In this document: piece after piece, positions 17,994 to 28,562 of the stretch
How the letters are laid out: every line of letters starts with the position of its first letter
Numbering within the stretch: the first letter of the stretch is position 1
DNA from: an uncultured Candidatus Saccharibacteria bacterium
Lineage (GTDB): Bacteria > Patescibacteriota > Minisyncoccia > Phycocordibacterales > CAIJYI01
Direction: 5' to 3'
DNA length: 64,000 nt
NCBI GenBank assembly: GCA_964410165.1
Contig: CAYPFT010000002.1
Span: 367 to 64,366, forward strand
The notes under the pieces: model-generated
What the model saw: the letters and a program-made list of their open reading frames with translations, nothing else
Told to the model about the DNA's origin: nothing
Databases searched by the model: none
Position numbers and translations under genes: made by a program

Positions 17994-20492
17994 ATGACCA
18001 AACTCGTACTTAAGGTAAAAGGCATGCACTGCGCGTCGTGCTCCATCTTGATCGACAAACTGCTCGGAAGTCAGCCGGGGGTGGTGTCAATAAAGACGAG
18101 CTACGGCGCGGAGAAGACGGCGGTTGAGTTTGATGAGTCGAAGATAACTCTTGAGAAAATGGACGAGTTCGTACACAAGCTCGGCTACGACATTATCCGT
18201 CCCGACGAAGAAGGCGCAAGCATTGAAGACCAAGAAAAGAAAGAAGCGCTTATAATCAAACAAGCGAAGCGGCGCGTCATTGCGGCGTTTATTATTGCGG
18301 CGCCTATCATAATTTACTACATGGTTATTCACATGTTTAACGTAACGCATGTGCATGAGCTTTTTGACTTTTTGAATTTGAAACAGCCGGTGGCGGGGGT
18401 CGCATCTGCCGGGTCATACGCGGTGCAGTATATGTTTTGGATGATTGCGAGCGCACTCAAGGCGTTTGTCGGGCTTTTTGTAGACGTAGCGAATCCGCCT
18501 TTCAAAATTGACCTCAATTATATTTACTGGATTCTTTCCACGCCCATACAGTTCGTCATCGGTTGGCCGTTTTACCGCAATGCATTTACCGCTATCCGCG
18601 TCGGCGTGGCGAACATGGATGTACTCGTCGTACTCGGCACTTCCGCCGCGTATTTTTACAGCGCAATCGGTTTTCTTTTTTTCAACATTGACCACCCGTT
18701 TTGGGAAAGTTCCGCCGCGCTTCTCTGCTTCATTCTTCTCGGGCGCTATATTGAAGTACTCGCTCGCGGTCGTGCCTCAAATGCCATTAAGGAACTTTTG
18801 AAACTGGAAGCGAAAGAAGCGCATGTGGTTCGTGATGGGCAGGAAGTTACCGTGCCGATAGATAAAATTCTTCTCGGGGATGTCGTCATTGTAAAGCCGG
18901 GTGAAAAAATACCCGTTGACGGCGTGATTGTTGAAGGAAAATCGCATATTGACGAGAAAGTGGTTACGGGGGAATCGTTTCCGGTAGGAAAGGGTGTCGG
19001 CGAAGAAGTTATCGGCGCGACGGTCAATCAGGAAGGCTTGATAAAATTCCGTGCGACGAAAGTCGGGAAAGACACGCTTTTGTATCAAATCATCAAAATG
19101 GTGGAAGAGGCGCAGGCGACGCGCGCGCCAATTCAAGACTTAGTGGACAAAATCAGTGAGTACTTCGTGCCTGCGGTTGTTTTGCTTTCCATGATGACGT
19201 TCGTCGGGTGGTATTTCTTCACCGGCATTGATTCATTCCGTTCGGCTTTGATGAAAATGATCGCGGTGCTCGTCATCTCCTGTCCGTGCGCCATGGGGCT
19301 TGCGACGCCGACCGCGCTTGTGGTGGGTATCGGCCGCGCCGCGAAGTTCGGCATTATTTTGAAAGGCGGAGAAGCGCTGGAAAAGGCCTATCGCGTTACA
19401 ACTTTCGTTTTCGATAAAACCGGCACGCTTACCATCGGCAAGCCCACCGTCACGGATGTGGTATTTCTTTCCGACTGGCATGACCGCGATAAAATTATTC
19501 ATCTTGCCGCCTCCATTGAACAAGGCTCTGAACATCCTCTTGCCCGCGCGGTGGTGGAAGAAGGGAAGAAACTCGGGCACCTCGGAGAATTGCGCGATTT
19601 TGAAGCCGTAGCCGGAATGGGGATTCATGGATGGACGGGCGCGCATGATGAGATTTATATCGGCAACGAGGCGTATATGGCAAAACTCGGTATTGATATA
19701 GCGGCGCATAAGCCGGCACTTGAAAAACTGCAAGGAGAAGCGAAGACCGCCGTGTTTATGTGTACCGCCAAAACCCCCGTGGCGCTTATCGCGATGGCGG
19801 ATACCTTGAAGCCGTTTGCGCTTGAGGCGATAGCTGAGCTCAAAAAAATGGGGAAAGAGATCGTGATGATTACCGGCGACAATCAAAAGACCGCGGAAGC
19901 AATCGCAAAGCAGGTCGGCATTGACCGCGTGATGGCACAGGTGCTTCCGCAAGATAAAGCAGAACAGGTGAAGAAACTCCAAACAGAAGGAAAGAATGTG
20001 GCGATGGTGGGCGACGGTATCAATGATTCTCCGGCGCTTGCGCAGGCAAATCTCGGCATTGCCGTTGGAAGCGGTACGGACGTTGCCATTGAGACAGGAG
20101 AGATCATCCTTGTGAAAGACGATCTTCGCGACGTAGTTACCGCGATCCAGCTTTCTCAAAGAACGATGCGAAAAATTTGGCAGAATCTTTTTTGGGCATT
20201 CTTCTACAACGTCATCGCCATTCCGGTCGCCGCCGGCGCGCATCTCCTCGTTACCCAGACCACGTTCGGCATTGCGGCAGGATGGACACTCGCCATGAAA
20301 GAGAGCATGGGCTGGTTCGGAAACGTCCTCTTCTCCCTCTCACAAACCACCCTCCGCCCGGAGATTGCCGGATTCGCGATGGCGTTCTCGTCCGTTTCGG
20401 TTGTGGCGAACTCGCTCTTGCTGCGCCGCTACGTCCCCACCATGGAGCGGGAGAGTGTAAGGGAGGTTGAAAGTGCCGACCAAAAAACTTGA
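17994..20492 (+). CDS. copA: Copper-translocating P1B-type ATPase
   Basis: GMHCASC HMA domain, TGES, CPC, DKTGT, SEHP, GDGIND, YN and MAFSS. Confidence 0.95.
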   Translation: MTKLVLKVKGMHCASCSILIDKLLGSQPGVVSIKTSYGAEKTAVEFDESKITLEKMDEFVHKLGYDIIRPDEEGASIEDQEKKEALIIKQAKRRVIAAFIIAAPIIIYYMVIHMFNVTHVHELFDFLNLKQPVAGVASAGSYAVQYMFWMIASALKAFVGLFVDVANPPFKIDLNYIYWILSTPIQFVIGWPFYRNAFTAIRVGVANMDVLVVLGTSAAYFYSAIGFLFFNIDHPFWESSAALLCFILLGRYIEVLARGRASNAIKELLKLEAKEAHVVRDGQEVTVPIDKILLGDVVIVKPGEKIPVDGVIVEGKSHIDEKVVTGESFPVGKGVGEEVIGATVNQEGLIKFRATKVGKDTLLYQIIKMVEEAQATRAPIQDLVDKISEYFVPAVVLLSMMTFVGWYFFTGIDSFRSALMKMIAVLVISCPCAMGLATPTALVVGIGRAAKFGIILKGGEALEKAYRVTTFVFDKTGTLTIGKPTVTDVVFLSDWHDRDKIIHLAASIEQGSEHPLARAVVEEGKKLGHLGELRDFEAVAGMGIHGWTGAHDEIYIGNEAYMAKLGIDIAAHKPALEKLQGEAKTAVFMCTAKTPVALIAMADTLKPFALEAIAELKKMGKEIVMITGDNQKTAEAIAKQVGIDRVMAQVLPQDKAEQVKKLQTEGKNVAMVGDGINDSPALAQANLGIAVGSGTDVAIETGEIILVKDDLRDVVTAIQLSQRTMRKIWQNLFWAFFYNVIAIPVAAGAHLLVTQTTFGIAAGWTLAMKESMGWFGNVLFSLSQTTLRPEIAGFAMAFSSVSVVANSLLLRRYVPTMERESVREVESADQKT

Positions 20493-20860
20493 CAAACGCA
20501 TATTAATAATGATAAACTCTAACTTAGAGACCCAGCTATTAGGGTTAAAAAACAACATATCCCAAATTCCAAATAGGGGGCAGGCCATGAATAGAAAATT
20601 AGTAAGGGTAAACAGAAAAAAACGCAGGTTTTTGCAGAATATTGGCAACAACATAGTCGATGGACTAAAAATCGCCGAAGATCGGAACAGTATCATCAGT
20701 ATCCGGTTCCAAGATTGCGCTATCATGTTTATCCCCGGCTTTCGAGGTTAAAATACCGAAAGCTCAAAATAAGGCTCTGTGCAGACATGTTCTGCGCGGA
20801 GTCTTTTTTATATCACCATATACCATTTGACAGAACATACCCATTGTATATACTTTAGTT

Positions 20861-21133
20861 ATGAAAACGCTCGTGGCTATAAAAGTTGATAAAGATGTAA
20901 AGGAATCGGCGCAAGAGGCGGCGAGGGAGATTGGTATTCCTCTTTCTACCATCGTGAACGCTTATTTGAAGCAATTCGGGCGCGAGAGACAGGTGCGGTT
21001 TGTTGTCGGTGAGAAGATGACGCCGAAGCTTGAAAAACGGCTCGGCATGATTGATGCGGACATCAAGAAAGGCAAAAATCTTTCCCCGGCGTTCTCCTCC
21101 ATGAAAGAGGCTATCAGCTACCTCCACTCCTGA
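20861..21133 (+). CDS. RelB/DinJ-like antitoxin
   Basis: N-terminal RHH-like IKVDKDVKE.AQ..A.EIGIPLS; TTGACA/TATACT leaderless promoter. Confidence 0.75.
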   Translation: MKTLVAIKVDKDVKESAQEAAREIGIPLSTIVNAYLKQFGRERQVRFVVGEKMTPKLEKRLGMIDADIKKGKNLSPAFSSMKEAISYLHS

Positions 21134-21137
21134 TTGT

Positions 21138-21395
21138 ATGGATATTCATTTCCATCAAAAATTTAAAAAGAAATACAAGAAGTTTCAAAAAACTTTACAG
21201 GAGAAAGTGGATGAGCGACTGTTTTTGTTTGAAAGCGATTCGTTTCACCCGCTCCTCAATAACCACCCGCTTCATGGAAAGTACGATGGCTATCAAAGCA
21301 TCAACATTACCGGCGACATCCGCGCGATTTACAAGCAAAAAGGCGACACAATTATTTTTGCTGATATCGGGACGCACAGCGAATTGTACGGGTAG
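21138..21395 (+). CDS. RelE/YafQ-family mRNA interferase toxin
   Basis: L.NHPLHG...G..SINITGDIRAIY...DIGTHSELY. Confidence 0.88.
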   Translation: MDIHFHQKFKKKYKKFQKTLQEKVDERLFLFESDSFHPLLNNHPLHGKYDGYQSINITGDIRAIYKQKGDTIIFADIGTHSELYG

Positions 21396-21435
21396 CGCAG
21401 GGCTTTTTGCTGTTATTTTTTTCGGTTAAAACAAC

Positions 21436-22512
21436 ATGAACACCCCCGATGACATTTTACAGCTTCTTAAAAAGTACAACCAAGTGGTTGAGCGGGAGAT
21501 TGATGCCTTTTTGAAGCGCAGAAAAGGAAGCACTGCCGACATGTATGGCATGATGCGCTACTTCATGGGTTTTACGGACGAGAAATTTACTGGGCCGAAA
21601 GTGTACGGCGGAAAGCGATTTCGGTCGGGACTTTGTCTTTTGATTGCCGATTTGTACGGCACCGATAAAGAGACAAAGAAAGGAAAAGAAGTGGCGCAAA
21701 AAGGCGCGGCATCTCTTGAGCTCTTCCACAATTTCTCGCTTATTCACGACGATATTGTCGACAAAGATCCGCTTCGGCGCGGGCGTCCAACGGTGTGGAA
21801 AGTGTGGGGGGTTGATTACGCCATCAATACCGGCGATGCCGAGCTCATGCTCTCGCAAACGAAAGCGCTTGAAGCGTGCGAGATTGATTTGAAAAGAGGC
21901 GTTGAAATGAGCCGATTTTTGCTTGAAAAATATCTTGAGGTAATTGAGGGGCAGCATTTGGATTTTTTCTTGACCGCTTTGAAAATAGGGGACGCGCGCG
22001 TGAATGAAAAGAGCCACTATGAAATGATAGGTAAAAAGACCGCCGTCTTGATTGCGGCGGCCGCGCAAACCGCGGGGATTGCCTGCGGAAAAAACGAAAA
22101 AGAACAGGCGCTTTTATGGAAGTTCGGCTACTCTCTTGGCATGGCGTATCAACTAAACGACGACATCGTTTCCATTTGGGGCGCGCCGGAGATTACCGGA
22201 AAGATTTCTTTCAACGACTTGCGCGAGAAAAAGAAAACCCTTCCCGTTATCCGCGCCTTCGCCAAGATTTCCGAAAAAGAGAGGCAAGAATTTGCGGGCG
22301 TATACAATAAAAAAGAATCGCTCAACGAAGAAGACCTCAAGAAAATTCTCGCATACTTGGAATCAACCGGTGCACATGAGCATGCGCGCAAGCAAGTTTT
22401 GTCCCATTTGAAACGTGCAGAGAATGCCATCGCAGAACTTTCTGTTTCAAAAGAGGGGAGAGATATGTTATTGAGCCTCAGTAAAATGCTCTTGGTGGAG
22501 GTGAAAAAATAA
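21436..22512 (+). CDS. Polyprenyl (trans-isoprenyl diphosphate) synthase
   Basis: GGKRFR, first Asp-rich motif HDDIVD..RRG, GQHLD, KTA and YQLNDD. Confidence 0.92.
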   Translation: MNTPDDILQLLKKYNQVVEREIDAFLKRRKGSTADMYGMMRYFMGFTDEKFTGPKVYGGKRFRSGLCLLIADLYGTDKETKKGKEVAQKGAASLELFHNFSLIHDDIVDKDPLRRGRPTVWKVWGVDYAINTGDAELMLSQTKALEACEIDLKRGVEMSRFLLEKYLEVIEGQHLDFFLTALKIGDARVNEKSHYEMIGKKTAVLIAAAAQTAGIACGKNEKEQALLWKFGYSLGMAYQLNDDIVSIWGAPEITGKISFNDLREKKKTLPVIRAFAKISEKERQEFAGVYNKKESLNEEDLKKILAYLESTGAHEHARKQVLSHLKRAENAIAELSVSKEGRDMLLSLSKMLLVEVKK

Positions 22513-22561
22513 TCAGATGAGGTATAATGAAAGAATTATATAATCAAGTCGTATAAATTTT

Positions 22562-22768
22562 ATGCAAAAAATCACATTACATATCGAAGGCATGCACTGC
22601 GGTTCGTGCGCCACAGGCATTCAAATGCTGACATCAACCATGGATGGGGTAAAATCTTCGTTTATTGATTATGATAAAAAAGAAGGAGTGGTTGAGTTTG
22701 ATGAGGCGAAGGTAACCAAGGAGGCGATTGTGAAAGCTATCGCCGAGCTTGGGTACACGGCTTCATAG
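22562..22768 (+). CDS. copZ: CopZ-like heavy-metal chaperone
   Basis: 68-aa HMA domain with GMHCGSC and a terminal LGY. Confidence 0.88.
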   Translation: MQKITLHIEGMHCGSCATGIQMLTSTMDGVKSSFIDYDKKEGVVEFDEAKVTKEAIVKAIAELGYTAS

Positions 22769-22773
22769 TAAAT

Positions 22774-22920
22774 CCTCACACCCCAAAAATATCTTTACTG
22801 TACAGAGCGATATTACACACGAACCCCCTCTCAATCTCCCCCTTTGAAAAGGGGGAGAGGACGCCGGACGTCGTGCCTCCTCCCTCTCTTTAGAGGGGAG
22901 GACTGAGGTGGGGTGTGAGG
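22774..22920. repeat. REP-like composite hairpin element
   Basis: Outer IR CCTCACACCCCA/TGGGGTGTGAGG enclosing TCTCCCCCTTT-GA-AAAGGGGGAGA and a second purine/pyrimidine hairpin. Confidence 0.65.
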
Positions 22921-23013
22921 AGGTACGCTTCATAGACTTTTCACTTTCGAGACTTTATGTTATGGTAAATAGTAGCAATAGTTCATTAATTTTGGAGCAG
23001 AAGAGGGGGTATT

Positions 23014-23196
23014 ATGCGGGGGTTTTTAGAAGAAGCAATATATGAAGACCGTACTGTTCGGCAGTATGTTCGCTATGCGTTAAGCATGTTTGTGGCCGAA
23101 ATTATGGAAGGGTATCAAGATTATCGGCAATATCCCGAACCGCAGTCGCAGAATAAAAATTATCTGATTGGCTGGCAAATGGCGGAAAAAAATTGA
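23014..23196 (+). CDS. Small hypothetical protein
   Basis: 60-aa ORF with a G-rich SD-like leader, followed by a hairpin terminator. Confidence 0.4.
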   Translation: MRGFLEEAIYEDRTVRQYVRYALSMFVAEIMEGYQDYRQYPEPQSQNKNYLIGWQMAEKN

Positions 23197-23251
23197 AAAG
23201 CGAAAGACATAAAGAAGAATCCCGCTCGGCTTTTGCCGAAGCGGGAGTTTT

Positions 23252-24166
23252 TTACGCCAAAAGTTTTTTTGATTTCATAAAGAAGTACCCGACGGAGGCG
23301 AAGGTGGTAATGGGGGCGAGCCAGTGGGGGACGTGGATACCAAAGGCTCCGGCGAGCATGATGAGGCCAAGGAAAAGAACGGAGTACATGGCGCCGTTTT
23401 TGAGGTAGACGTATTTTTGAACGCGCTCAATGTTGTTTATGGTGAAGTATCGGACGATTAAAGCACCGAAGCCGTTGCCGACGAGAATAAGCGGAATAGC
23501 GAACGTGAAAGCGAACGCACCGAGTACGCCGTCTATGGAAAAGGTCATGTCTATCACTTCCAGATACAAAATTTTGCTTATATCAGATATATTGCCTTTT
23601 CCATGAAGGAGTTTTTCTTCCGACTGCTCCGCCTGTTGTTTGAAGCCGTGGGTAATGAAAAAAGCCGATGACCCGATGATTGCCCCGAATGCCATCATGG
23701 CATTTATTTTGAGCGCGTACCACACGATGACGGAAAGCATGATGGAAATGACGGCGTAAAACCAAAGTCCTTGGCTGTGCAGGTACCTTTCTCCCGGGAA
23801 GCCGTATTTCTTCGGTTCAAGAAACAGCCAGTGAAAAAAGAGGAATATCAAAAAGACCCCGCCGCCCGCCAGAAGTATCGGTGCGGCGGTTTCAAGCGCA
23901 TTCTTTACCGCAACGCTGTCTTGAAAAGTGGCAAGAAAAGTTCCGGATGCGCCGAGCGATGGCGCCGCCGCCCAGAGGATAAGGAAGGGGAGCACGCCGC
24001 GGACGACGAACACCCCGAAAAACAGTCCCCACGTGAGAAACCACTTGCGAGCCTTTTTCCCAACCGTACCGAGCACTTCCGCGTTGATAATGGCATTGTC
24101 AAAACTGCTGATGCCCTCAAACAGCGCAAGTCCGATGATTATTAAAATTGCGGAGAAGATGTCCAT
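23252..24166 (-). CDS. DUF475/TerC-like membrane protein
   Basis: SFDNAIINA and YLEVIDMTFSIDGVLGAFAFT. Confidence 0.9.
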   Translation of the reverse strand: MDIFSAILIIIGLALFEGISSFDNAIINAEVLGTVGKKARKWFLTWGLFFGVFVVRGVLPFLILWAAAPSLGASGTFLATFQDSVAVKNALETAAPILLAGGGVFLIFLFFHWLFLEPKKYGFPGERYLHSQGLWFYAVISIMLSVIVWYALKINAMMAFGAIIGSSAFFITHGFKQQAEQSEEKLLHGKGNISDISKILYLEVIDMTFSIDGVLGAFAFTFAIPLILVGNGFGALIVRYFTINNIERVQKYVYLKNGAMYSVLFLGLIMLAGAFGIHVPHWLAPITTFASVGYFFMKSKKLLA

Positions 24167-24238
24167 GTTTCAAATTAAAAAGTAAAATTGAAAAAAGAAA
24201 AATGTCCGGCGTGAAATTCATTTTGGCGACACACCCTC

Positions 24239-24649
24239 TTATTGAGAGCGTAACCACTCTTTACACTGTTCGGATACATTGGAGTTGCGGGTAGAAAATA
24301 AATCTTTTTCTGTAACAGTAAATTTTTTGCCGCTATTCAGGGTTACTGTGTAAGTAAACGCGTTAGGGCTTGTTCTGGTGTATGAAGGAGCGTAACGCGG
24401 GCGTTCTTTTAAAATACCATCCGGCGCCCACTGCTCAAAGGTTGCCGGATATTGCTTATTCGTTTCATAATATTTTTGCAGATATATATTTGAGTGGATA
24501 CAGGCAACCTCTTTGATGGCTTCATCGTTCCTGTTTTTGGCGCTATTTACGCCAAAAGATGCCCTGAGTCCTACATAGGCGGCTGCTGATACCGCTAAAA
24601 GAACAGTCGAAGAAAGAAAAATTACGGTTATTTTTAGAGGTTTACTCAT
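24239..24649 (-). CDS. Hypothetical membrane-anchored protein (pseudopilin-like C-terminal pattern)
   Basis: N-terminal TM helix; LQKYYETNKQYP pattern. Confidence 0.55.
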   Translation of the reverse strand: MSKPLKITVIFLSSTVLLAVSAAAYVGLRASFGVNSAKNRNDEAIKEVACIHSNIYLQKYYETNKQYPATFEQWAPDGILKERPRYAPSYTRTSPNAFTYTVTLNSGKKFTVTEKDLFSTRNSNVSEQCKEWLRSQ

Positions 24650-24992
24650 ATAGAAAAATAATATCAATAATGACTACGATAATTGTGCCGACTATGAGCA
24701 TGTTACGAAAAAGATTTTCAGGATATTTTCGAGCAGCGAGAGAGGCGAGCACCGCTCCTGTCAAGGCAAAGAATGGCGCGATAAAAATAACTGGTACTAA
24801 AAGTGCCATGCTCCCAAGAAAAAGCAGAAAAATCTGGAGAAAGAAATCTTTCAGAGAAGAAGCCGGGCTTAAAACAAGCTCGCCAATTATCACAACAATC
24901 ATGCCTGCGGGTATGGAAAGTATAAATGCCCAAGCGCCCCGAAACCATGAACGATGTCGTACGGGTATTTTTTGTTTCTGTGTAATGTCCAT
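24642..24992 (-). CDS. Hypothetical multi-TM protein
   Basis: Hydrophobic 116-aa ORF overlapping the next gene's start. Confidence 0.55.
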   Translation of the reverse strand: MDITQKQKIPVRHRSWFRGAWAFILSIPAGMIVVIIGELVLSPASSLKDFFLQIFLLFLGSMALLVPVIFIAPFFALTGAVLASLAARKYPENLFRNMLIVGTIIVVIIDIIFLYE

Positions 24993-25050
24993 GGTTTATT
25001 TTGATACCCTTTTTGTACGGGCTAAGATAAAACGGTGAAAAACCAAAGAA

Positions 25051-25437
25051 CTATAAAGGTTTTTTTAGAGCTTCGGCAAGTTTATGAAACATGTCTAGAG
25101 CATGTGGGAGTTCCGCGTAGATTTTTTCGGCAAATGCTTCCCGGTATGTGTGTACGGTATAATTTCTCGTGCTCGTCAATTCTATCCAGTGCTCATCATA
25201 ATCAATTACGCCAACGCGAAACGCTTCACGAAAGCAGGTTCTCGGAGAAGCGCACGTGGCATTGTGGTTTTCTTCAAGATACGCTTTCATCGCTTTCCAC
25301 CCGAGCTCAAAACACAGCTCGAAGCGTTTGATGGCGGAATCGCGGACAACATCATTTTTTGGCAACTCAAGCACTTCATCAAACCGTAATAGGGCTTTCG
25401 TGAAATCTTCGTGTAATGATTGAAATTTGGTAGACAT
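25051..25437 (-). CDS. HI0074-family HEPN / nucleotidyltransferase substrate-binding protein
   Basis: RDSAIKRFE.CFEL.WK, SPR..FREAF and RNYTVHTY (Rx4H). Confidence 0.9.
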   Translation of the reverse strand: MSTKFQSLHEDFTKALLRFDEVLELPKNDVVRDSAIKRFELCFELGWKAMKAYLEENHNATCASPRTCFREAFRVGVIDYDEHWIELTSTRNYTVHTYREAFAEKIYAELPHALDMFHKLAEALKKPL

Positions 25438-25439
25438 AA

Positions 25440-25754
25440 TTATCCGGGTTGAAAAATAAATTCACGAGTATGGGCGACTTCTCGAAACTTTTCCGAAACG
25501 GAGGAAAAATCAACAATATCAATTTTATAAAGCGTCGGGATCTCGTCTATTTCCTCAAGAATATCATCAATGACTCTTTGCGACACGGGATTTTGGCCTT
25601 CAATGCCGACATCAATATCGGAACGGTCCGTTCCACGCCCTTCTACGCGAGAACCGAAAAAAAACACCGAATAAGCATTCATGTTGATATGTCTGCCGAT
25701 AATGCCAAGAATCTCTTTCTTCAGTTTTTCAACACCATAATGCTCAAGTTTCAT
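25440..25754 (-). CDS. Minimal nucleotidyltransferase
   Basis: FFGSRVEG....RSDIDVG and IDIVDF. Confidence 0.9.
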   Translation of the reverse strand: MKLEHYGVEKLKKEILGIIGRHINMNAYSVFFFGSRVEGRGTDRSDIDVGIEGQNPVSQRVIDDILEEIDEIPTLYKIDIVDFSSVSEKFREVAHTREFIFQPG

Positions 25755-25792
25755 GAGTGTATGTTACCACAAAAACGACGAAAAACAAATTT

Positions 25793-27145
25793 TTATTCTC
25801 GAATGAGCGCCAGCACTTCGCCCCGCTTCTCCGCCATCATGACCTCTGTTTTCGCTTCAAGATTGAGCCTCAAGAGCGGTTCGGTGTTTGAGGAGCGGAC
25901 GTTGAACCACCAGTCGGGATAGGAGATTTTTATACCGTCGAGTTCGGTGAGGGCACCGTCTTTGTATTTTTCTTTAAGTTTTGCAACGATAGCGGGCGCA
26001 TCTTGTACGGTGCTGTTGATTTCTCCGGAGTGGAAATATTTTTTCACTTCCGCGACGAGTTCGGAGAGTTTTTTGCCGGTTTTTGCCATGGCGTTCAAGA
26101 GGAAGATGGCCGCAAGAGTGCTTGCTTCGGCGTAGGAATTTTCACGGAAGTAGTAATGTCCGGAAAGTTCCCCCGCAAAGGCGGCGTCTTCCTCGCGCAT
26201 TTGTTTTTTGATGTTTGCATGCCCCACCATGCACTCAAGCGCCTTTCCGCCAAGGCTCTCGATAGTTTCTTTGACGCTCAGAGAAGAACGCAGGTCGTAG
26301 AGGATCGTTCCTTCCGGATAGCGCTCAAGCACGGGGCGGGCGAGTATCGCGGTCATAAGATCCATCGGAATAATCGCGCCCGTTTCGTCCACGAAGCCGA
26401 TGCGATCCGCGTCGCCGTCGTAGGCGATGCCGAGATGCGCGCCGGTTTCCACCACCTTCTTGCGAAGTTCATCAAGCGTTTCCGTTTTGAGCGGATTCGC
26501 TTCGTGTGCTTGAAACGGATGCGCGAGGTCGTCGTAGAGAGTAACAAGTTCGATATTTTGTGGAAGGGCTTTGTAGAACGGCAATTCCAACACACCCATG
26601 GCGTTCGCGGTATCAACAATAATTTTGTATTTTGTATCTCCGAGTTTCCAAAATTGAGAAAAATGCTTCATGTATCGGTCGGTGAGAGCAAGGGGGATTA
26701 CGTTTCCGGTGAGGAGCAGTTTTTTGAAATCGCCTTTCATAGCGCGTTCTTTGATTTCATTCATGCCGGAATTTCCGCCGATCGGCACCGCATCTTTCAC
26801 GGTGAGTTTGAATCCGTTGTATTCCGGCGGGTTATGCGAAGCGGTGAGCGAAACGCTTGCGTCAACGCCGGACTGGCGGGACGCGAAATACACCATTGGC
26901 GTCGTTGCGAGCCCGAGGTCAAGGACATTACTGCCGCCCTCCGTGATCCCTTTTGCAAGCGCGGCAAACAGCGCGGGAGACGATTCTCTGGCGTCGCGCC
27001 CGACGGCGATGTTGTCCGCATTCACATATGAAACAAGAGCCCGACCGATGGCGTAGGCTGTTTTTTCGTCGATTTCGGAGGGGTAGATTCCGCGAATATC
27101 GTATGACTTGAAAATATTTGCATTCACCCACTTATCATCGCACAC
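25793..27145 (-). CDS. manB: Phosphomannomutase/phosphoglucomutase
   Basis: FKSYDIRG, TASHNP, DGDADR, GELSGH and RSSNTEP. Confidence 0.93.
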   Translation of the reverse strand: MCDDKWVNANIFKSYDIRGIYPSEIDEKTAYAIGRALVSYVNADNIAVGRDARESSPALFAALAKGITEGGSNVLDLGLATTPMVYFASRQSGVDASVSLTASHNPPEYNGFKLTVKDAVPIGGNSGMNEIKERAMKGDFKKLLLTGNVIPLALTDRYMKHFSQFWKLGDTKYKIIVDTANAMGVLELPFYKALPQNIELVTLYDDLAHPFQAHEANPLKTETLDELRKKVVETGAHLGIAYDGDADRIGFVDETGAIIPMDLMTAILARPVLERYPEGTILYDLRSSLSVKETIESLGGKALECMVGHANIKKQMREEDAAFAGELSGHYYFRENSYAEASTLAAIFLLNAMAKTGKKLSELVAEVKKYFHSGEINSTVQDAPAIVAKLKEKYKDGALTELDGIKISYPDWWFNVRSSNTEPLLRLNLEAKTEVMMAEKRGEVLALIRE

Positions 27146-27216
27146 TTTCTCCTTCCCGAAAATACTTGACAGATATGTTTGTATGGTATATAAAAGACCT
27201 GTATCCGTTGTACCTT

Positions 27217-27495
27217 ATGCCCAAACAAGGGCGGGAGTTTTTTGTGGGAAAAATTTTATTGTTCATAGTCATCATCGCCGCCGGCGGTTGTCATGATGAA
27301 AAGAAAAATGTGTTCGTGGCGGAGGAAGCGTATACCAATAGCGCTACCACTTCCGCTGGCGATGAGTGCGATGCGGGTGTCGGCTATAAAGCCACACCGA
27401 CTGGTCAAAAAACAAAGGACGGTAAAACCATATACCGTCTGGATAAAATCGGAAAGCATGCGACATGTCCGAAAGGGCTTCTCGTCTCGAAATAA
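27217..27495 (+). CDS. Small putative lipoprotein
   Basis: Hydrophobic stretch ending AAGGC; TTGACA/TATATA promoter upstream. Confidence 0.5.
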   Translation: MPKQGREFFVGKILLFIVIIAAGGCHDEKKNVFVAEEAYTNSATTSAGDECDAGVGYKATPTGQKTKDGKTIYRLDKIGKHATCPKGLLVSK

Positions 27496-27611
27496 AAGAA
27501 CCATATTGCGTTGCGCCCCCGGCAGTTTTGCTTGGGGGTTTTTGTCGGACACGGTCGCGGAATGCTTAAACACTTGATTATTTATCTATATACCTGTTAT
27601 TCTTAAACAAT

Positions 27612-28484
27612 ATGAAAAAGACAATTAAAAAAGCCATTCTTCCGGTTGCGGGAATGGGAACACGGTTTCTTCCGGCGACGAAAGCTCAACCAAAAGAGAT
27701 GCTTGCGGTGGTGGATAAGCCGGTGGTGCAATACATCGTCGAAGAGCTCGTCGAGTCCGGCATTGAGGAGATCATCTTCGTCACCGGCCGCGGAAAGCGC
27801 GCCATTGAAGATCACTTCGATATTTCCTATGAGCTTGAAAACATGCTCGTGGAAAAGCAGAAACACGAACTCATCGAGCAAGTGCGGAAAATCCCGCACC
27901 TCGCCCGTTTTTCCTATGTGCGGCAAAAGACAGCGCTCGGCGATGGCGACGCCATTGATCAGGTGGCGCACCTTGTGGGAGAAGAGCCGGTACTCGTGGT
28001 GTTCGGCGATTGTCTGTATGACAGCATTATTCCCGGCTCTCTTCAGCTCATTGAGGCCTACGAGAAATACCAAGCGCCCATTATTGGTCTTGCGGAGATA
28101 CCGATGGACGAAGTTTCAAAATTCGGAGTTATAGATGGCTCGAAGATTAATGAAAGAGACTGGAAGATCAGCCGCTTCGTCGAGAAGCCGAAAAGAGAGG
28201 ACGCGCCTTCGAATATCGCCGTACCCGGGAAATATGTTTTGACGCCGGAGATATTCAAAAAACTCAGGACAATGACGAAGTGGAAATCGGGAGAAAAGCG
28301 GCTTGCCGATGTCTTCGACGCTCTGCTTGAAGAGGGAAGCCCCATCTACGGCCGCATTCTCGAGGGCACATGGCTTGACACGGGGGATAAATTTAATTTT
28401 GTAAAAGCGACGATACATCTCGGGTTGAAACATCCGGAGATAGGAGAAAAACTGCGAGCATATCTCAAGGGGCTGGAGATATAA
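27612..28484 (+). CDS. galU: UTP-glucose-1-phosphate uridylyltransferase
   Basis: PVAGMGTRFLPATKAQPKEML, VTGRGKRAIEDHFD and VEKP. Confidence 0.95.
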   Translation: MKKTIKKAILPVAGMGTRFLPATKAQPKEMLAVVDKPVVQYIVEELVESGIEEIIFVTGRGKRAIEDHFDISYELENMLVEKQKHELIEQVRKIPHLARFSYVRQKTALGDGDAIDQVAHLVGEEPVLVVFGDCLYDSIIPGSLQLIEAYEKYQAPIIGLAEIPMDEVSKFGVIDGSKINERDWKISRFVEKPKREDAPSNIAVPGKYVLTPEIFKKLRTMTKWKSGEKRLADVFDALLEEGSPIYGRILEGTWLDTGDKFNFVKATIHLGLKHPEIGEKLRAYLKGLEI

Positions 28485-28499
28485 TAGGTAGGGCTTTTA

Positions 28500-28532
28500 T
28501 TCTTTTCGGTTTTTGTGGTAAGAAGAGGGGAG
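28500..28532 (+). promoter_or_regulatory. 33-bp duplicated upstream element, copy 1
   Basis: TTCTTTTCGGTTTTTGTGGTAAGAAGAGGGGAG is identical to 30713-30745. Confidence 0.7.
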
Positions 28533-28562
28533 ACTTCTCAGCTAACATACGAGGTATAAATT

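Noticed and set aside
19233-20243. 336-aa antisense ORF, and similar long ones at 26003-27031 and 59970-60935
   Set aside because: Shadow frames opposite well-supported genes (copA, manB, GH26), with no motifs of their own
20467-20751. 94-aa ORF after copA
   Set aside because: Overlaps the copA end, has a weak start and no recognisable motif; cannot be supported as a gene
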